From positions 15,996,001 to 16,060,000 of the forward strand of contig OZ024740.1 in the NCBI GenBank assembly GCA_964016885.1: 64,000 bases of DNA. Direction: 5' to 3'. Positions 36,785-48,910 of this stretch are shown one piece after another (position 1 is the first letter of the stretch; every line of letters starts with the position of its first letter). The position numbers were made by a program, and so were the translations under genes. This DNA is from Eledone cirrhosa. Lineage: Eukaryota. Below the pieces are notes generated by a model that saw only the letters and a program-made list of their open reading frames with translations, searched no databases and was not told the DNA's origin.

Positions 36785-37205
36785 TTCAGAGGAGAAACTC
36801 TCAGAAGAGATAGACAGCAGAAGGTGTTCAGAGAAGAAACTCTCAGGAGAGCTGGACAGCAGAAGGTCTTCAGAGGAGAAACTCTCAGAAGAGATAGACA
36901 GCAGAAGGTGTTCAGAGAAGAAACTCTCAGGAGAGCTAGACAGCAGAAGGTCTTCAGAGGAGAAACTCTCAGAAGAGATAGACAGCAGAAGGTGTTCAGA
37001 GAAGAAACTCTCAGGAGAGCTGGACAGCAGAAGGTCTTCAGAGGAGAAACTCTCAGAAGAGATAGACAGCAGAAGGTCTTCAGAGAAGAAACTCTCAGGA
37101 GAGCTAGACAGCAGAAGGTCTTCAGAGGAGAAACTCTCAGAAGAGATAGACAGCAGAAGGTGTTCAGAGAAGAAACTCTCAGGAGAGCTGGACAGCAGAA
37201 GGTCT
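36785..37205 (+). repeat. 84-bp dimer higher-order repeat, 5 copies
   Basis: GAGGAGAAACTCTCAGAAGAGATAGAC starts at 36789, 36873, 36957, 37041 and 37125, alternating with a near-consensus monomer. Confidence 0.93.
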
Positions 37206-37965
37206 TCAAATAAGAAACTCTCAGGAGAGCTGGACAGCAGAAGGTCTTCACAGAAGAAACTCTTAGGAGAGCTGGATAGCAGAAGGTCTTCAGAGAAGAA
37301 ACTCTCGGGAGAGCTGGACAGCAGAGGGTCTTTAGAGAAGAAACTGTCAGGAGAGTTGGACAGCAGAAGGTCTTCAGAGATGAAACTGTCAGGAGAGCTG
37401 GACTGCAGAAGGTCTTTAGAGAAGAAACTGTCAGGAGAGCTGGACAGCAGAAGATCTTTAGAGAAGAAACTCTCAGGAGAGCTGGACAGCAGAAGGTCTT
37501 CAGAGAAGAAACTGTCAGGAGAGCTAGACAGCAGAAGGTCTTCAGAGAAGATACTCTCAGGAGAGCTGGAAAGCAGAAGGTCTTCAGAGAAGAAAATCTC
37601 AGGAGAGCTAGACAGCAGAATGTCTTCAGAGAAGAAACTCTCCGTATAGCTGGACAGCAGAAGGTCTTCAGAGAAGAAACTCTGAGGAGGGCCGGACAGC
37701 AGAAGGTCTTCAGAGAAGAAACTCTGAGGAGGGCTGTACAGTAGGTCTTCAGAGAAGAAACTCTCAGGAGAGCTGGACAGCAGAAGGTCTTCAGAGAAGA
37801 AACTCTCAGGAGAGCTGGACAGCAGAAGCTCTTCAGAGAAGAAACTCTCAGGAGAGCTGGACAGCAGAAGGTCTTCAGAGAAGAAACTGTCAGGAGTACT
37901 GGACAGCAGAAGGTCTTCAGAGAAGAAACTCTCGGGAGAGCTGGACAGCAGAAGGTCTTCAGAAA

Positions 37966-39898
37966 AGAAACTCTCAGGAGAGATAGACAGCAGAAGGTCT
38001 TCAGAGAAGAAACTCTCAGGAGAGCTAGACAGCAGAAGGTCTTTAGAGAAGAAACTCTCAGGAGAGCTGGACAGCAGTAGGTCTTCAGAGGAGAAACTCT
38101 CAGGAGAGCTGGATAGCAGAAGGTCTTCAGAGAAGAAACTCTTGGGAGAGCTGGACAGCAGAAGGTCTTCAGAGAAGAAACTCTCAGGAGAGCTAGACAG
38201 CAGGTCTTCAGAGAAGAAACTCTAGGGAGAGCTGGACAGCAGAAGGTCTTCAGAGAAGAAACTCAGGAGAGCTAGACAGCAGAAAATCTTCAGAGAAGTA
38301 ACTGTCGGGAGTGCTGGACAGCAGAAGGTCTTAAGAGAAGAAACTCTCAGGAGAGCTAGACAGCAGAAGGTCTTCAGAGAAGAAACTGTCAGGTAAGCTG
38401 GACAGCAGAAGGTCCTCAGAGAAGAAACTCTCAGGAGAGCTAGACAGCAGAAGGTCTTTAGAGAAGAAACACTCAGGAGAGCTAGACAGCAGAAGGTCTT
38501 CAGAGAGGAAACTCTCAGGAGAGCTGGATAGCAGAAGGTCTTCAGAGAAGAAACTCTTGGGAGAGTTGGACAGCAGAAGGTCGTTAGAGAAGAAAATCTC
38601 AGGGGAGCTAGACAGCAGAGGGTCTTCAGAGAAGAAACTGTCAGGAGTCCTGTACAGCAGAAGGTCTTTAGAGAAGAAACTCTCAGGAGAGGTGGCCAGC
38701 AGAAGGTCCTCAGAGAAGAAACTGTCAGGAGGGCTGGACAGCAGAAGGTCTTCAGAGAAGAAACTCTCAGGAGAGCTAGACAGCAGAAGGTCTTCAGAGA
38801 TAAAACTGTCAGGAGAGCTGGACAGTAGGTCTTCAGAGAAGAAACTCTCGGGAGTGCTGGACAGCAGAAGGTCTTCAGAGAAGAAACTCTCACGAGAGCT
38901 GGAAAGCAGATGGTCTTCAGAGAAGAAACTCTCAGGAGAGATAGACAGCAGAAGGTCTTCAGAGAAGAAACTCTCAGGAGAGCTAGACAGCAGAAGGTCT
39001 TTAGAGAAGAAACTCTCAGGAGAGCTGGACAGCAGTAGGTCTTCAGAGGAGAAACTCTCAGGAGAGCTGGATAGCAGAAGGTCTTCAGAGAAGAAACTCT
39101 TGGGAGAGCTGGACAGCAGAAGGTCTTCAGAGAAGAAATTCTCAGGAGAGCTAGACAGCAGGTCTTCAGAGAAGAAACTCTAGGGAGAGCTGGACAGCAG
39201 AAGGTCTTCAGAGAAGAAACTCAGGAGAGCTAGACAGCAGAAAATCTTCAGAGAAGAAACTGTCGGGAGTGCTGGACAGCAGAAGGTCTTAAGAGAAGAA
39301 ACTCTCAGGAGAGCTAGACAGCAGAAGGTCTTCAGAGAAGAAACTGTCAGGTAAGCTGGACAGCAGAAGGTCCTCAGAGAAGAAACTCTCAGGAGAGCTA
39401 GACAGCAGAAGGTCTTTAGAGAAGAAACACTCAGGAGAGCTAGACAGCAGAAGGTCTTCAGAGAGGAAACTCTCAGGAGAGCTGGATAGCAGAAGGTCTT
39501 CAGAGAAGAAACTCTTGGGAGAGTTGGACAGCAGAAGGTCGTTAGAGAAGAAACTCTCAGGGGAGCTAGACAGCAGAGGGTCTTCAGAGAAGAAACTGTC
39601 AGGAGTCCTGTACAGCAGAAGGTCTTTAGAGAAGAAACTCTCAGGAGAGGTGGCCAGCAGAAGGTCCTCAGAGAAGAAACTGTCAGGAGGGCTGGACAGC
39701 AGAAGGTCTTCAGAGAAGAAACTCTCAGGAGAGCTAGACAGCAGAAGGTCTTCAGAGATAAAACTGTCAGGAGAGCTGGACAGTAGGTCTTCAGAGAAGA
39801 AACTCTCGGGAGTGCTGGACAGCAGAAGGTCTTCAGAGAAGAAACTCTCACGAGAGCTGGAAAGCAGATGGTCTTCAGAGAAGAAACTCTCAGGAGAG
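37966..39898 (+). repeat. Tandem duplication, 958-bp period (23 monomers)
   Basis: ORF pairs 38222/39180 and 38557/39515. Rare variants CAGGTAAGCTG, GAGAGGAAA and GGAGTCCTGTAC repeat at +958. 23x42-8 = 958. Confidence 0.92.
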
Positions 39899-42339
39899 CT
39901 GGACAGCAGAAGGTCTTCAGAGAAGAAACTCTCAGGAGAGCTGGACAGCAGAAGGTCTTTAGAGGAGAAACTCTCAGGAGAGCTAGACAGCAGACGGTCT
40001 TCAGAGAAGAAACTCTCCGGAGAGCTGGACAGCAGAAGGTCTTCAGAGAAGAAACTCTGAGGAGAGCTGGACAGCAGAAGGTCTTCAGAGAAGAGATTCT
40101 GAGAAGAGTTGTACAGTAGGTCTTCAGAGAAGAAACTCTCACGAGAGCTGGACAGCAGTAGGTCTTCAGAGAAAAAACTCTCAGGAGAGCTGGACAGCAG
40201 AAGGTCTTCAGAGAAGAAAGTCTCAGGAGAGCTGGACAGCAGAAGGTCTTCAGAGAAGAAACTGTCAGGAGAGCTGGACAGCAGAAGGTCTTTAGAGAAG
40301 AAACTCTCACGAGAGCTGGACAGCAGAAGGTCTTCAGAGAAGAAGCTCTCGGGAGAGCTGGACAGCAGAAGGTCTTCAGAGAAGAAACTCTGAGGAGAGC
40401 TGGACAGCAGAAGGTCTTTAGAGAAGAAACTCCCAGGAGAGCTAGACAGCAGAAGGTCTTTAGAGAAGAAACTCTCAGGAGAGCTGGACAGCAGAAGGTC
40501 TTCAGTGAAGAAACTGTCAGGAGAGCTGGACAGCAGAAGGTCTTCAGAGAAGAAACTCTCAGGAGAGATGGACAGCAGAAGGTCTTCAGCGAAGAAACTG
40601 TCAGGAGAGCTGGACAGCTGAAGGTCTTCAGAGAAGAAACTCTCAGGAGAGCTAGACAGCAGAATGTCTTCACAGAAGTAACTTTCGGGAGTGCTGGACA
40701 GCAGAAGGTCGTTAGAGAAGAAACTCTCAGGAGAGCTAAACAGCAGAAGGTCTTCAGAGAAAACACTGTCAGGAGAGCTGGACAGCAGATGGTCTTCAGA
40801 GAAGAAACTCAGGAGAGCTGGACAGCAGAAGGTCTTCAGAGAAGAAACTCTGAGGAGAGCTGGCCAGCAGAAGGTCTTCAGAGAAGAAACTCTCAGAAGA
40901 GCTGGACAGCAGAAGGTCTTCAGAGAAGAAACTCTCAGGAGAGCTAGACAGCAGAAGGTCTTCAGAGGAGAAACTCTCAGAAGAGATAGACAGCAGATGG
41001 TGTTCAGAGAAGAAACTCTCAGGAGAGCTGGACAGCAGAAGGTCTTCAAATAAGAAACTCTCAGGAGAGCTGGACAGCAGAAGGTCTTCACAGAAGAGAC
41101 TCTTAGGAGAGCTGGATAGCAGAAGGTCTTCAGAGAAGAAACTCTCGGGAGAGCTGGACAGCAGAGGGTCTTTAGAGAAGAAACTGTCAGGAGAGTTGGA
41201 CAGCAGAAGGTCTTCAGAGATGAAACTGTCAGGAGAGCTGGACTGCAGAAGGTCTTTAGAGAAGAAACTCTCAGGAGAGCTAGACAGCAGGTCTTCTGAG
41301 AAGATACTCTCACGAGAGCTGGACACCAGAAGGTCTTCAGAGAAGAAACTCTCAGGAGAGCTGGACAGCAGAAGGTCTTCAGAGAAGAAACTCTCAGGAG
41401 AGCTGGACAGCAGAAGGTCTTCAGAGAAGAAACTCTGAGGAGAGCTGGACAGCAGAAGGTCTTCAGAGAAGAAACTCAGGAGAGCTGGACAGCAGAAGGT
41501 CTTCAGAGAAGAAACTGTCAGGAAAGCTGGACAGAAGAAGGTCTTCAGAGAAGAAACTCTCAGGAGAGCTAGACAGCAGGTCTTCTGAGAAGATACTCTC
41601 ACGAGAGCTGGACACCAGAAGGTCTTCAGAGAAGAAACTCTCAGGAGAGCTGGACAGCAGAAGGTCTTCAGAGAAGAAACTCTCAGGAGAGCTGGACAGC
41701 AGAAGGTCTACAGAAAAAAAACTCTCAGGAGAGCTAGACAGCAGAAGTTGTTCAGAGAAGAAACTCTCCAGAGAGCTGGACTCAGAAGGTCTTCAGAGAA
41801 GAAACTCTCAGGAGAGCTGGACTCAGAAGGACTTCAGAGAAGAAACTCTCAGGAGAGCTGGACAGCAGAAGGTCTGCAATAAAAAAACTCTCAGGAGAGC
41901 TAGACAGCTGAAAGTCCTCAGAGAAGAAACTCTCCGGAGAGCTGGACAGCAGAAAGTCTTGAGAGAAGAAACTCTCAGGAGAGCTGGACAGCAGAAGGTC
42001 TGTAGAAAAAAAACTCTCAGGAGAGCTAGACAGCAGGTCTTCAGAGAAGAAACTCTAGAGAGAGCTTAACAGCAGAAGGTCTTCAGAGAAGAAACTCAGG
42101 AGAGCTAGACAGCAGAAGGTCTTCAGAGAAGAAACTCTCCGGAGAGCTGGACAGCAAAAGGTCTTCAGAGAAGAAACTCTCAGGAGAGCTAGACAGCAGA
42201 AGGTCTTCAGAGAAGAAACTCTCAGGAGAGCTAGACAGCAGAAGGTCTTTAGAGAAGAAACTCTCAGGAGAGCTGGACAGCAGTAGGTCTTCAGAGGAGA
42301 AACTTTCAGGAGAGCTGGATAGCAGAAGGCCTTCAGAGA

Positions 42340-45300
42340 AGAAACTCTTGGGAGAGCTGGACAGCAGAAGGTCTTTAGAGAAAAAACTGTCAGGCGAGCT
42401 AGACAGCAGAAGGTCTTCAGAGGAGAAACTGTCAGGAGAGCTGGACATAGAAGGTCTTTAGAGAAGAAACTCTCAGGAGAGCTGGACAGCAGAAGGTCTT
42501 CAGCAAAGAAACTGTCATGAGAGCTGGACAGCAGAAGGTCTTCAGAGAAGAAGCTCTCAGGAGAGCTAGACAGCAGGTCTTCAGAGAAGAAACTCTAGGG
42601 AGAGCTGGACAGCAGAAGGTCTTCAGAGAAGAAACTCAGGAGAGCTAGACAGCAGAAAATCTTCAGAGAAGAAACTGTCGGGAGTGCTAGACAGCAGAAG
42701 GTCTTTAGAGAAGAAACTCTCAGGAGATCTAGACAGCAGAAGGTCTTCAGAGAAGAAACTGTCAGGAAAGCTGGACAGCAGAAGGTCCTCAGAGAAGAAA
42801 CTCTCAGGAGAGCTAGACAGCAGAAGGTCTTCAGAGAAGAAACTCTCAGGAGAGCTGGATAGCAGAAGGTCTTCAGAGAAGAAACTCTTGGGAGAGTTGG
42901 ACAGCAGAAGGTCGTTAGAGAAGAAACTCTCAGGTGAGCTAGACAGCAGAGGGTCTTCAGAGAAGAAACTGTCAGGAGTGCTGTACAGCAGAAGGTCTTT
43001 AGAGAAGAAACTCTCAGGAGAGGTGGCCAGCAGAAGGTCTTCAGAGAAGAAACTCTCAGGAGAGCTAGACAGCAGAAGGTCTTCAGAGATAAAACTGTCA
43101 GGAGAGCTGGACAGTAGGTCTTCAGAGAAGACACTCTCGGGAGAGCTGGACAGCAGAAGGTCTTTAGAGAAGAAACTCTCAGGAGAGCTGGACAGTAGAA
43201 GGTCTTTAGAGAAGAAACTCTCAGGAGAGCTGGACAGCAGAAGGTCTTCAGAGAAGAAACTGTCAGGAGAGCTGGACAGCAGAAGGTCTTCAGAAAACAA
43301 ACTGTCATGAGAGCTGGACAGCAGAAGGTCCTCAGAGAAGAAACTCTCAGGTGAGCTAGACACCAGAAGGTCTTCAGAGAAGAAACTCTCACGAGAGCTG
43401 GAAAGCAGAAGGTCTTCAGAGAAGAAACTCTCAGGAGAGCTGGACAGCAGAAGGTCTTCAGAGAAGAAACTCTCAGGAGAGCTGGACAGCAGAAGGTCTT
43501 TAGAGGAGAAACTCTCAGGAGAGGAGCTAGACAGCAGAAGGTCTTCAGAGAAGAAACTCTCTGGAGAGCTGGACAGCAGAAGGTCTTCAGAGAAGAAACT
43601 CTGAGGAGAGCTGGACAGCAGAAGGTCTTCAGAGAAGAGATTCTGAGAAGAGTTGTACAGTAGGTCTTCAGAGAAGAAACTCTCACGAGAGCTGGACAGC
43701 AGTAGGTCTTCAGAGAAAAAACTCTCAGGAGAGCTGGACAGCAGAAGGTCTTCAGAGATGAAAGTCTCAGGAGAGCTAGACAGCAGAAGGTCTTCATAGA
43801 AGAAACTCTCAGGAGAGCTGGACAGCAGAAGGTCTTCAGAGAAGAAACTCTCAGGAGAGCTGGACAGCAGAAGGTCTTCAGAGAAGAAACTGTCAGGAGA
43901 GCTGGACAGCAGAAGGTCTTTAGAGAAGAAACTCTCAGGAGAGCTAGACAGCAGAAGGTCTTCAGAAAACAAACTGTCATGAGAGCTGGACAGCAGACGG
44001 TCCTCAGAGAAGAAACTCTCAGGTGAGCTAGACACCAGAAGGTCTTCAGAGAAGAAACTCTCACGAGAGCTGGACAGCAGAAGGTCTTCCATGAAGAAAC
44101 TGTCAGGAGAGCTGGACAGCAGAAGGTCTTCAGAGAAGAAACTGTCAGGAGAGCTGGACAGCAGAAGGTCTTTAGAGAAGAAACTCTCAGGAGAGCTAGA
44201 CAGCAGAAGGTCTTCAGAAAACAAACTGTCATGAGAGCTGGACAGCAGAAGGTCCTCAGAGAAGAAACTCTCAGGTGAGCTAGACACCAGAAGGTCTTCA
44301 GAGAAGAAACTCTCACGAGAGCTAGACAGCAGAAGGTCTTCAGTGAAGAAACTGTCAGGAGAGCTGGACAGCAGAAGGTCTTCAGAGAAGAAACTCTCAG
44401 GAGAGATGGACAGCAGAAGGTCTTCAGCGAAGAAACTGTCAGGAGAGCTGGACAGCAGAAGGTCTTCAGAGAAGAAACTCTCTGGAGAGCTAGACAGCAG
44501 AATGTCTTCACAGAAGTAACTTTCGGGAGTGCTGGACAGCAGAAGGTCGTTAGAGAAGAAACTCCCAGGAGAGCTAAACAGCAGAAGGTCTTCAGAGAAG
44601 ACACTGTCAGGAGAGCTGGACAGCAGATGGTCTTCAGAGAAGAAACTCAGGAGAGCTGGACAGCAGAAGGTCTTCAGAGAAGAAACTCTCAGAAGAGCTG
44701 GACAGCAGAAGGTCTTCAGAGAAGAAACTCTCAGGAGAGCTAGACAGCAGAAGGTCTTCAGAGGAGAAACTCTCAGAAGAGATAGACAGCAGAAGGTGTT
44801 CAGAGAAGAAACTCTCAGGAGAGCTGGACAGCAGAAGGTCTTCAAATAAGAAACTCTCAGGAGAGCTGGACAGCAGAAGGTCTTCACAGAAGAAACTCTT
44901 AGGAGAGCTGGATAGCAGAAGGTCTTCAGAGAAGAAACTCTCGGGAGAGCTGGACAGCAGAGGGTCTTTAGAGAAGAAACTGTCAGGAGAGTTGGACAGC
45001 AGAAGGTCTTCAGAGATGAAACTGTCAGGAGAGCTGGACTGCAGAAGGTCTTTAGAGAAGAAACTGTCAGGAGAGCTGGACAGCAGAAGATCTTTAGAGA
45101 AGAAACTCTCAGGAGAGCTGGACAGCAGAAGGTCTTCAGAGAAGAAACTGTCAGGAGAGCTAGACAGCAGAAGGTCTTCAGAGAAGATACTCTCAGGAGA
45201 GCTGGAAAGCAGAAGGTCTTCAGAGAAGAAAATCTCAGGAGAGCTAGACAGCAGAAGGTCTTCAGAGAAGAAACTCTCCGTATAGCTGGACAGCAGAAGG

Positions 45301-48300
45301 TCTTCAGAGAAGAAACTCTGAGGAGAGCCGGACAGCAGAAGGTCTTCAGAGAAGAAACTCTGGGGAGGGCTGCACAGCAGAAGGTCTTCAGAGAAGAAAC
45401 TCTCAGGAGAGCTGGACAGCAGAAGCTCTTCAGAGAAGAAACTCTCAGGAGAGCTGGACAGCAGAAGGTCTTCAGAGAAGAAACTGTCAGGAGTACTGGA
45501 CAGCAGAAGGTCTTCAGAGAAGAAACTCTCGGGAGAGCTGGACAGCAGAAGGTCTTCAGAAAAGAAACTCTCAGGAGAGATAGACAGCAGAAGGTCTTCA
45601 GAGAAGAAACTCTCAGGAGAGCTAGACAGCAGAAGGTCTTTAGAGAAGAAACTCTCAGGAGAGCTGGACAGCAGTAGGTCTTCAGAGGAGAAACTCTCAG
45701 GAGAGCTGGATAGCAGAAGGTCTTCAGAGAAGAAACTCTTGGGAGAGCTGGACAGCAGAAGGTCTTTAGAGAAGAAACTGTCAGGCGAGCTAGACAGCAG
45801 AATGTCTTCAGAGGAGAAACTGTCAGGAGAGCTGGACATAGAAGGTCTTTAGAGAAGAAATTCTCAGGAGAGCTGGACAGCAGAAGGTCTTCAGAAAAGA
45901 AACTGTCATGAGAGCTGGACAGCAGAAGGTCTTCAGAGAAGAAACTCTCAGGAGAGCTAGACAGCAGGTCTTCAGAGAAGAAACTCTAGGGAGAGCTGGA
46001 CAGCAGAAGGTCTTCAGAGAAGAAACTCAGGAGAGCTAGACAGCAGAAAATCTTCAGAGAAGAAACTGTCGGGAGTGCTGGACAGCAGAAGGTCTTAAGA
46101 GAAGAAACTCACAGGAGAGCTAGACAGCAGAAGGTCTTCAGAGAAGAAACTGTCAGGAAAGCTGGACAGCAGAAGGTCCTCAGAGAAGAAACTCTCAGGA
46201 GAGCTAGACAGCAGAAGGTCTTTAAAGAAGAAACACTCAGGAGAGCTAGACAGCAGAAGGTCTTCAGAGAGGAAACTCTCAGGAGAGCTGGATAGCAGAA
46301 GGTCTTCAGAGAAGAAACTCTTGGGAGAGTTGGACAGCAGAAGGTCGTTAGAGAAGAAACTCTCAGGTGAGCTAGACAGCAGAGGGTCTTCAGAGAAGAA
46401 ACTGTCAGGAGTCCTGTACAGCAGAAGGTCTTTAGAGAAGAAACTCTCAGGAGAGGTGGCCAGCAGAGGGTCTTCAGAGAAGAAACTGTCAGGAGGGCTG
46501 GACAGCAGAAGGTCTTCAGAGAAGAAACTCTCAGGAGAGCTAGACAGCAGAAGGTCTTCAGAGATAAAACTGTCAGGAGAGCTGGACAGTAGGTCTTCAG
46601 AGAAGAAACTCTCGGGAGTGCTGGACAGCAGAAGGTCTTCAGAGAAGAAACTCTCACGAGAGCTGGAAAGCAGATGGTCTTCAGAGAAGAAACTCTCAGG
46701 AGAGCTGGACAGCAGAAGGTCTTCAGAGAAGAAACTCTCAGGAGAGCTGGACAGCAGAAGCTCTTTAGAGGAGAAACTCTCAGGAGAGCTAGACAGCAGA
46801 CGGTCTTCAGAGAAGAAAATCTCCGGAGAGCTGGACAGCAGAAGGTCTTCAGAGAAGAAACTCTGAGGAGAGCTGGACAGCAGAAGGTCTTCAGAGAAGA
46901 GATTCTGAGAAGAGTTGTACAGTAGGTCTTCAGAGAAGAAACTCTCACGAGAGCTGGACAGCAGTAGGTCTTCAGAGAAAAAACTCTCAGGAGAGCTGGA
47001 CAGCAGAAGGTCTTCAGAGAAGAAAGTCTCAGGAGAGCTGGACAGCAGAAGGTCTTCAGAGAAGAGATTCTGAGAAGAGTTGTACAGTAGGTCTTCAGAG
47101 AAGAAACTCTCAGGAGAGCTGGACAGCAGAAGGTCTTCAGAGAAGAAACTCTCAGGAGAGCTGGACAGCAGAAGGTCTTCAGAGAAGAAACTCTCAGGAG
47201 AGCTGGACAGCAGAAGGTCTTCAGAGAAGAAACTGTCAGGAGAGCTGGACAGCAGAAGGTCTTTAGAGAAGAAATTCTCATGAGAGCTGGACAGCAGAAG
47301 GTCTTCAGAGAAGAAGCTCTCGGGAGAGCTGGACAGCAGAAGGTCTTCAGAAAAGAAACTCTGAGGAGACCTGGACAGCAGAAGGTCTTTAGAGAAGAAA
47401 CTCCCAGGAGAGCTAGACAGCAGAAGGTCTTTAGAGAAGAAACTCTCAGGAGAGCTGGACAGCAGAAGGTCTTCAGTGAAGAAACTGTCAGGAGAGCTGG
47501 ACAGCAGAAGGTCTTCAGAGAAGAAACTCTCAGGAGAGATGGACAGCAGAAGGTCTTCAGCGAAGAAACTGTCAGGAGAGCTGGACAGCTGAAGGTCTTC
47601 AGAGAAGAAACTCTCAGGAGAGCTAGACGGCAGAATGTCTTCACAGAAGTAACTTTCGGGAGTGCTGGACAGCAGAAGGTCGTTAGAGAAGAAACTCTCA
47701 GGAGAGCTAAACAGCAGAAGGTCTTCAGAGAAGACACTGTCAGGAGAGTTGGACAGCAGATGGTCTTCATAGAAGAAACTCAGGAGAGCTGGACAGCAGA
47801 AGGTCTTCAGAGAAGAAACTCTGAGGAGAGCTGGACAGCAGAAGGTCTTCAGAGAAGAAACTCTCAGAAGAGCTGGACAGCAGAAGGTCTTCAGAGAAGA
47901 AACTCTCAGGAGAGCTAGACAGCAGAAGGTCTTCAGAGGAGAAACTCTCAGAAGTGATAGACAGCAGATGGTGTTCAGAGAAGAAACTCTCAGGAGAGCT
48001 GGACAGCAGAAGGTCTTCAAATAAGAAACTCTCAGGAGAGCTGGACAGCAGAAGGTCTTCACAGAAGAAACTCTTAGGAGAGCTGGATAGCAGAAGGTCT
48101 TCAGAGAAGAAACTCTCGGGAGAGCTGGACAGCAGAGGGTCTTTAGAGAAGAAACTGTCAGGAGAGTTGGACAGCAGAAGGTCTTCAGAGATGAAACTGT
48201 CAGGAGAGCTGGACTGCAGAAGGTCTTTAGAGAAGAAACTGTCAGGAGAGCTGGACAGCAGAAGGTCTTTAGAGAAGAAACTCTCAGGAGAGCTGGACAG

Positions 48301-48910
48301 CAGAAGGTCTTCAGAGAAGAAACTGTCAGGAGAGCTGGACAGCAGAAGGTCTTTAGTGAAGAAACTGTCAGGAGAGCTAGACAGCAGAAGGTCTTCAGAA
48401 AACAAACTGTCATGAGAGCTGGACAGCAGAAGGTCCTCAGAGAAGAAACTCTCAGGTGAGCTAGACACCAGAAGGTCTTCAGAGAAGAAACTCTCACGAG
48501 AGCTGGAAAGCAGAAGGTCTTCAGAGAAGAAACTCTCAGGAGAGCTGGACAGCAGAAGGTCTTCAGAGAAGAAACTCTCAGGAGAGCTGGACAGCAGAAG
48601 GTCTTTAGAGGAGAAACTCTCAGGAGAGCTAGACAGCAGAAGGTCTTCAGAGAAGAAACTCTCCGGAGAGCTGGACAGCAGAAGGTCTTCAGAGAAGAAA
48701 CTCTGAGGAGAGCTGGACAGCAGAAGGTCTTCAGAGAAGAGATTCTGAGAAGAGTTGTACAGTAGGTCTTCAGAGAAGAAACTCTCACGAGAGCTGGACA
48801 GCAGTAGGTCTTCAGAGAAAAAACTCTCAGGAGAGCTGGACAGCAGAAGGTCTTCAGAGAAGAAAGTCTCAGGAGAGCTAGACAGCAGAAGGTCTTCAGA
48901 GAAGAAACTC
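42340..48910 (+). repeat. Mosaic long-range copy of blocks from ~34.4-41.3 kb; its end is re-copied at ~54.6-56.2 kb
   Basis: ORF pairs 34626/42595 and 34715/42684 (7969), 36515/44529 (8014), 37356/44992 (7636), 39515/46321 and 39868/46674 (6806), 48755/56083 (7328). Confidence 0.8.
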
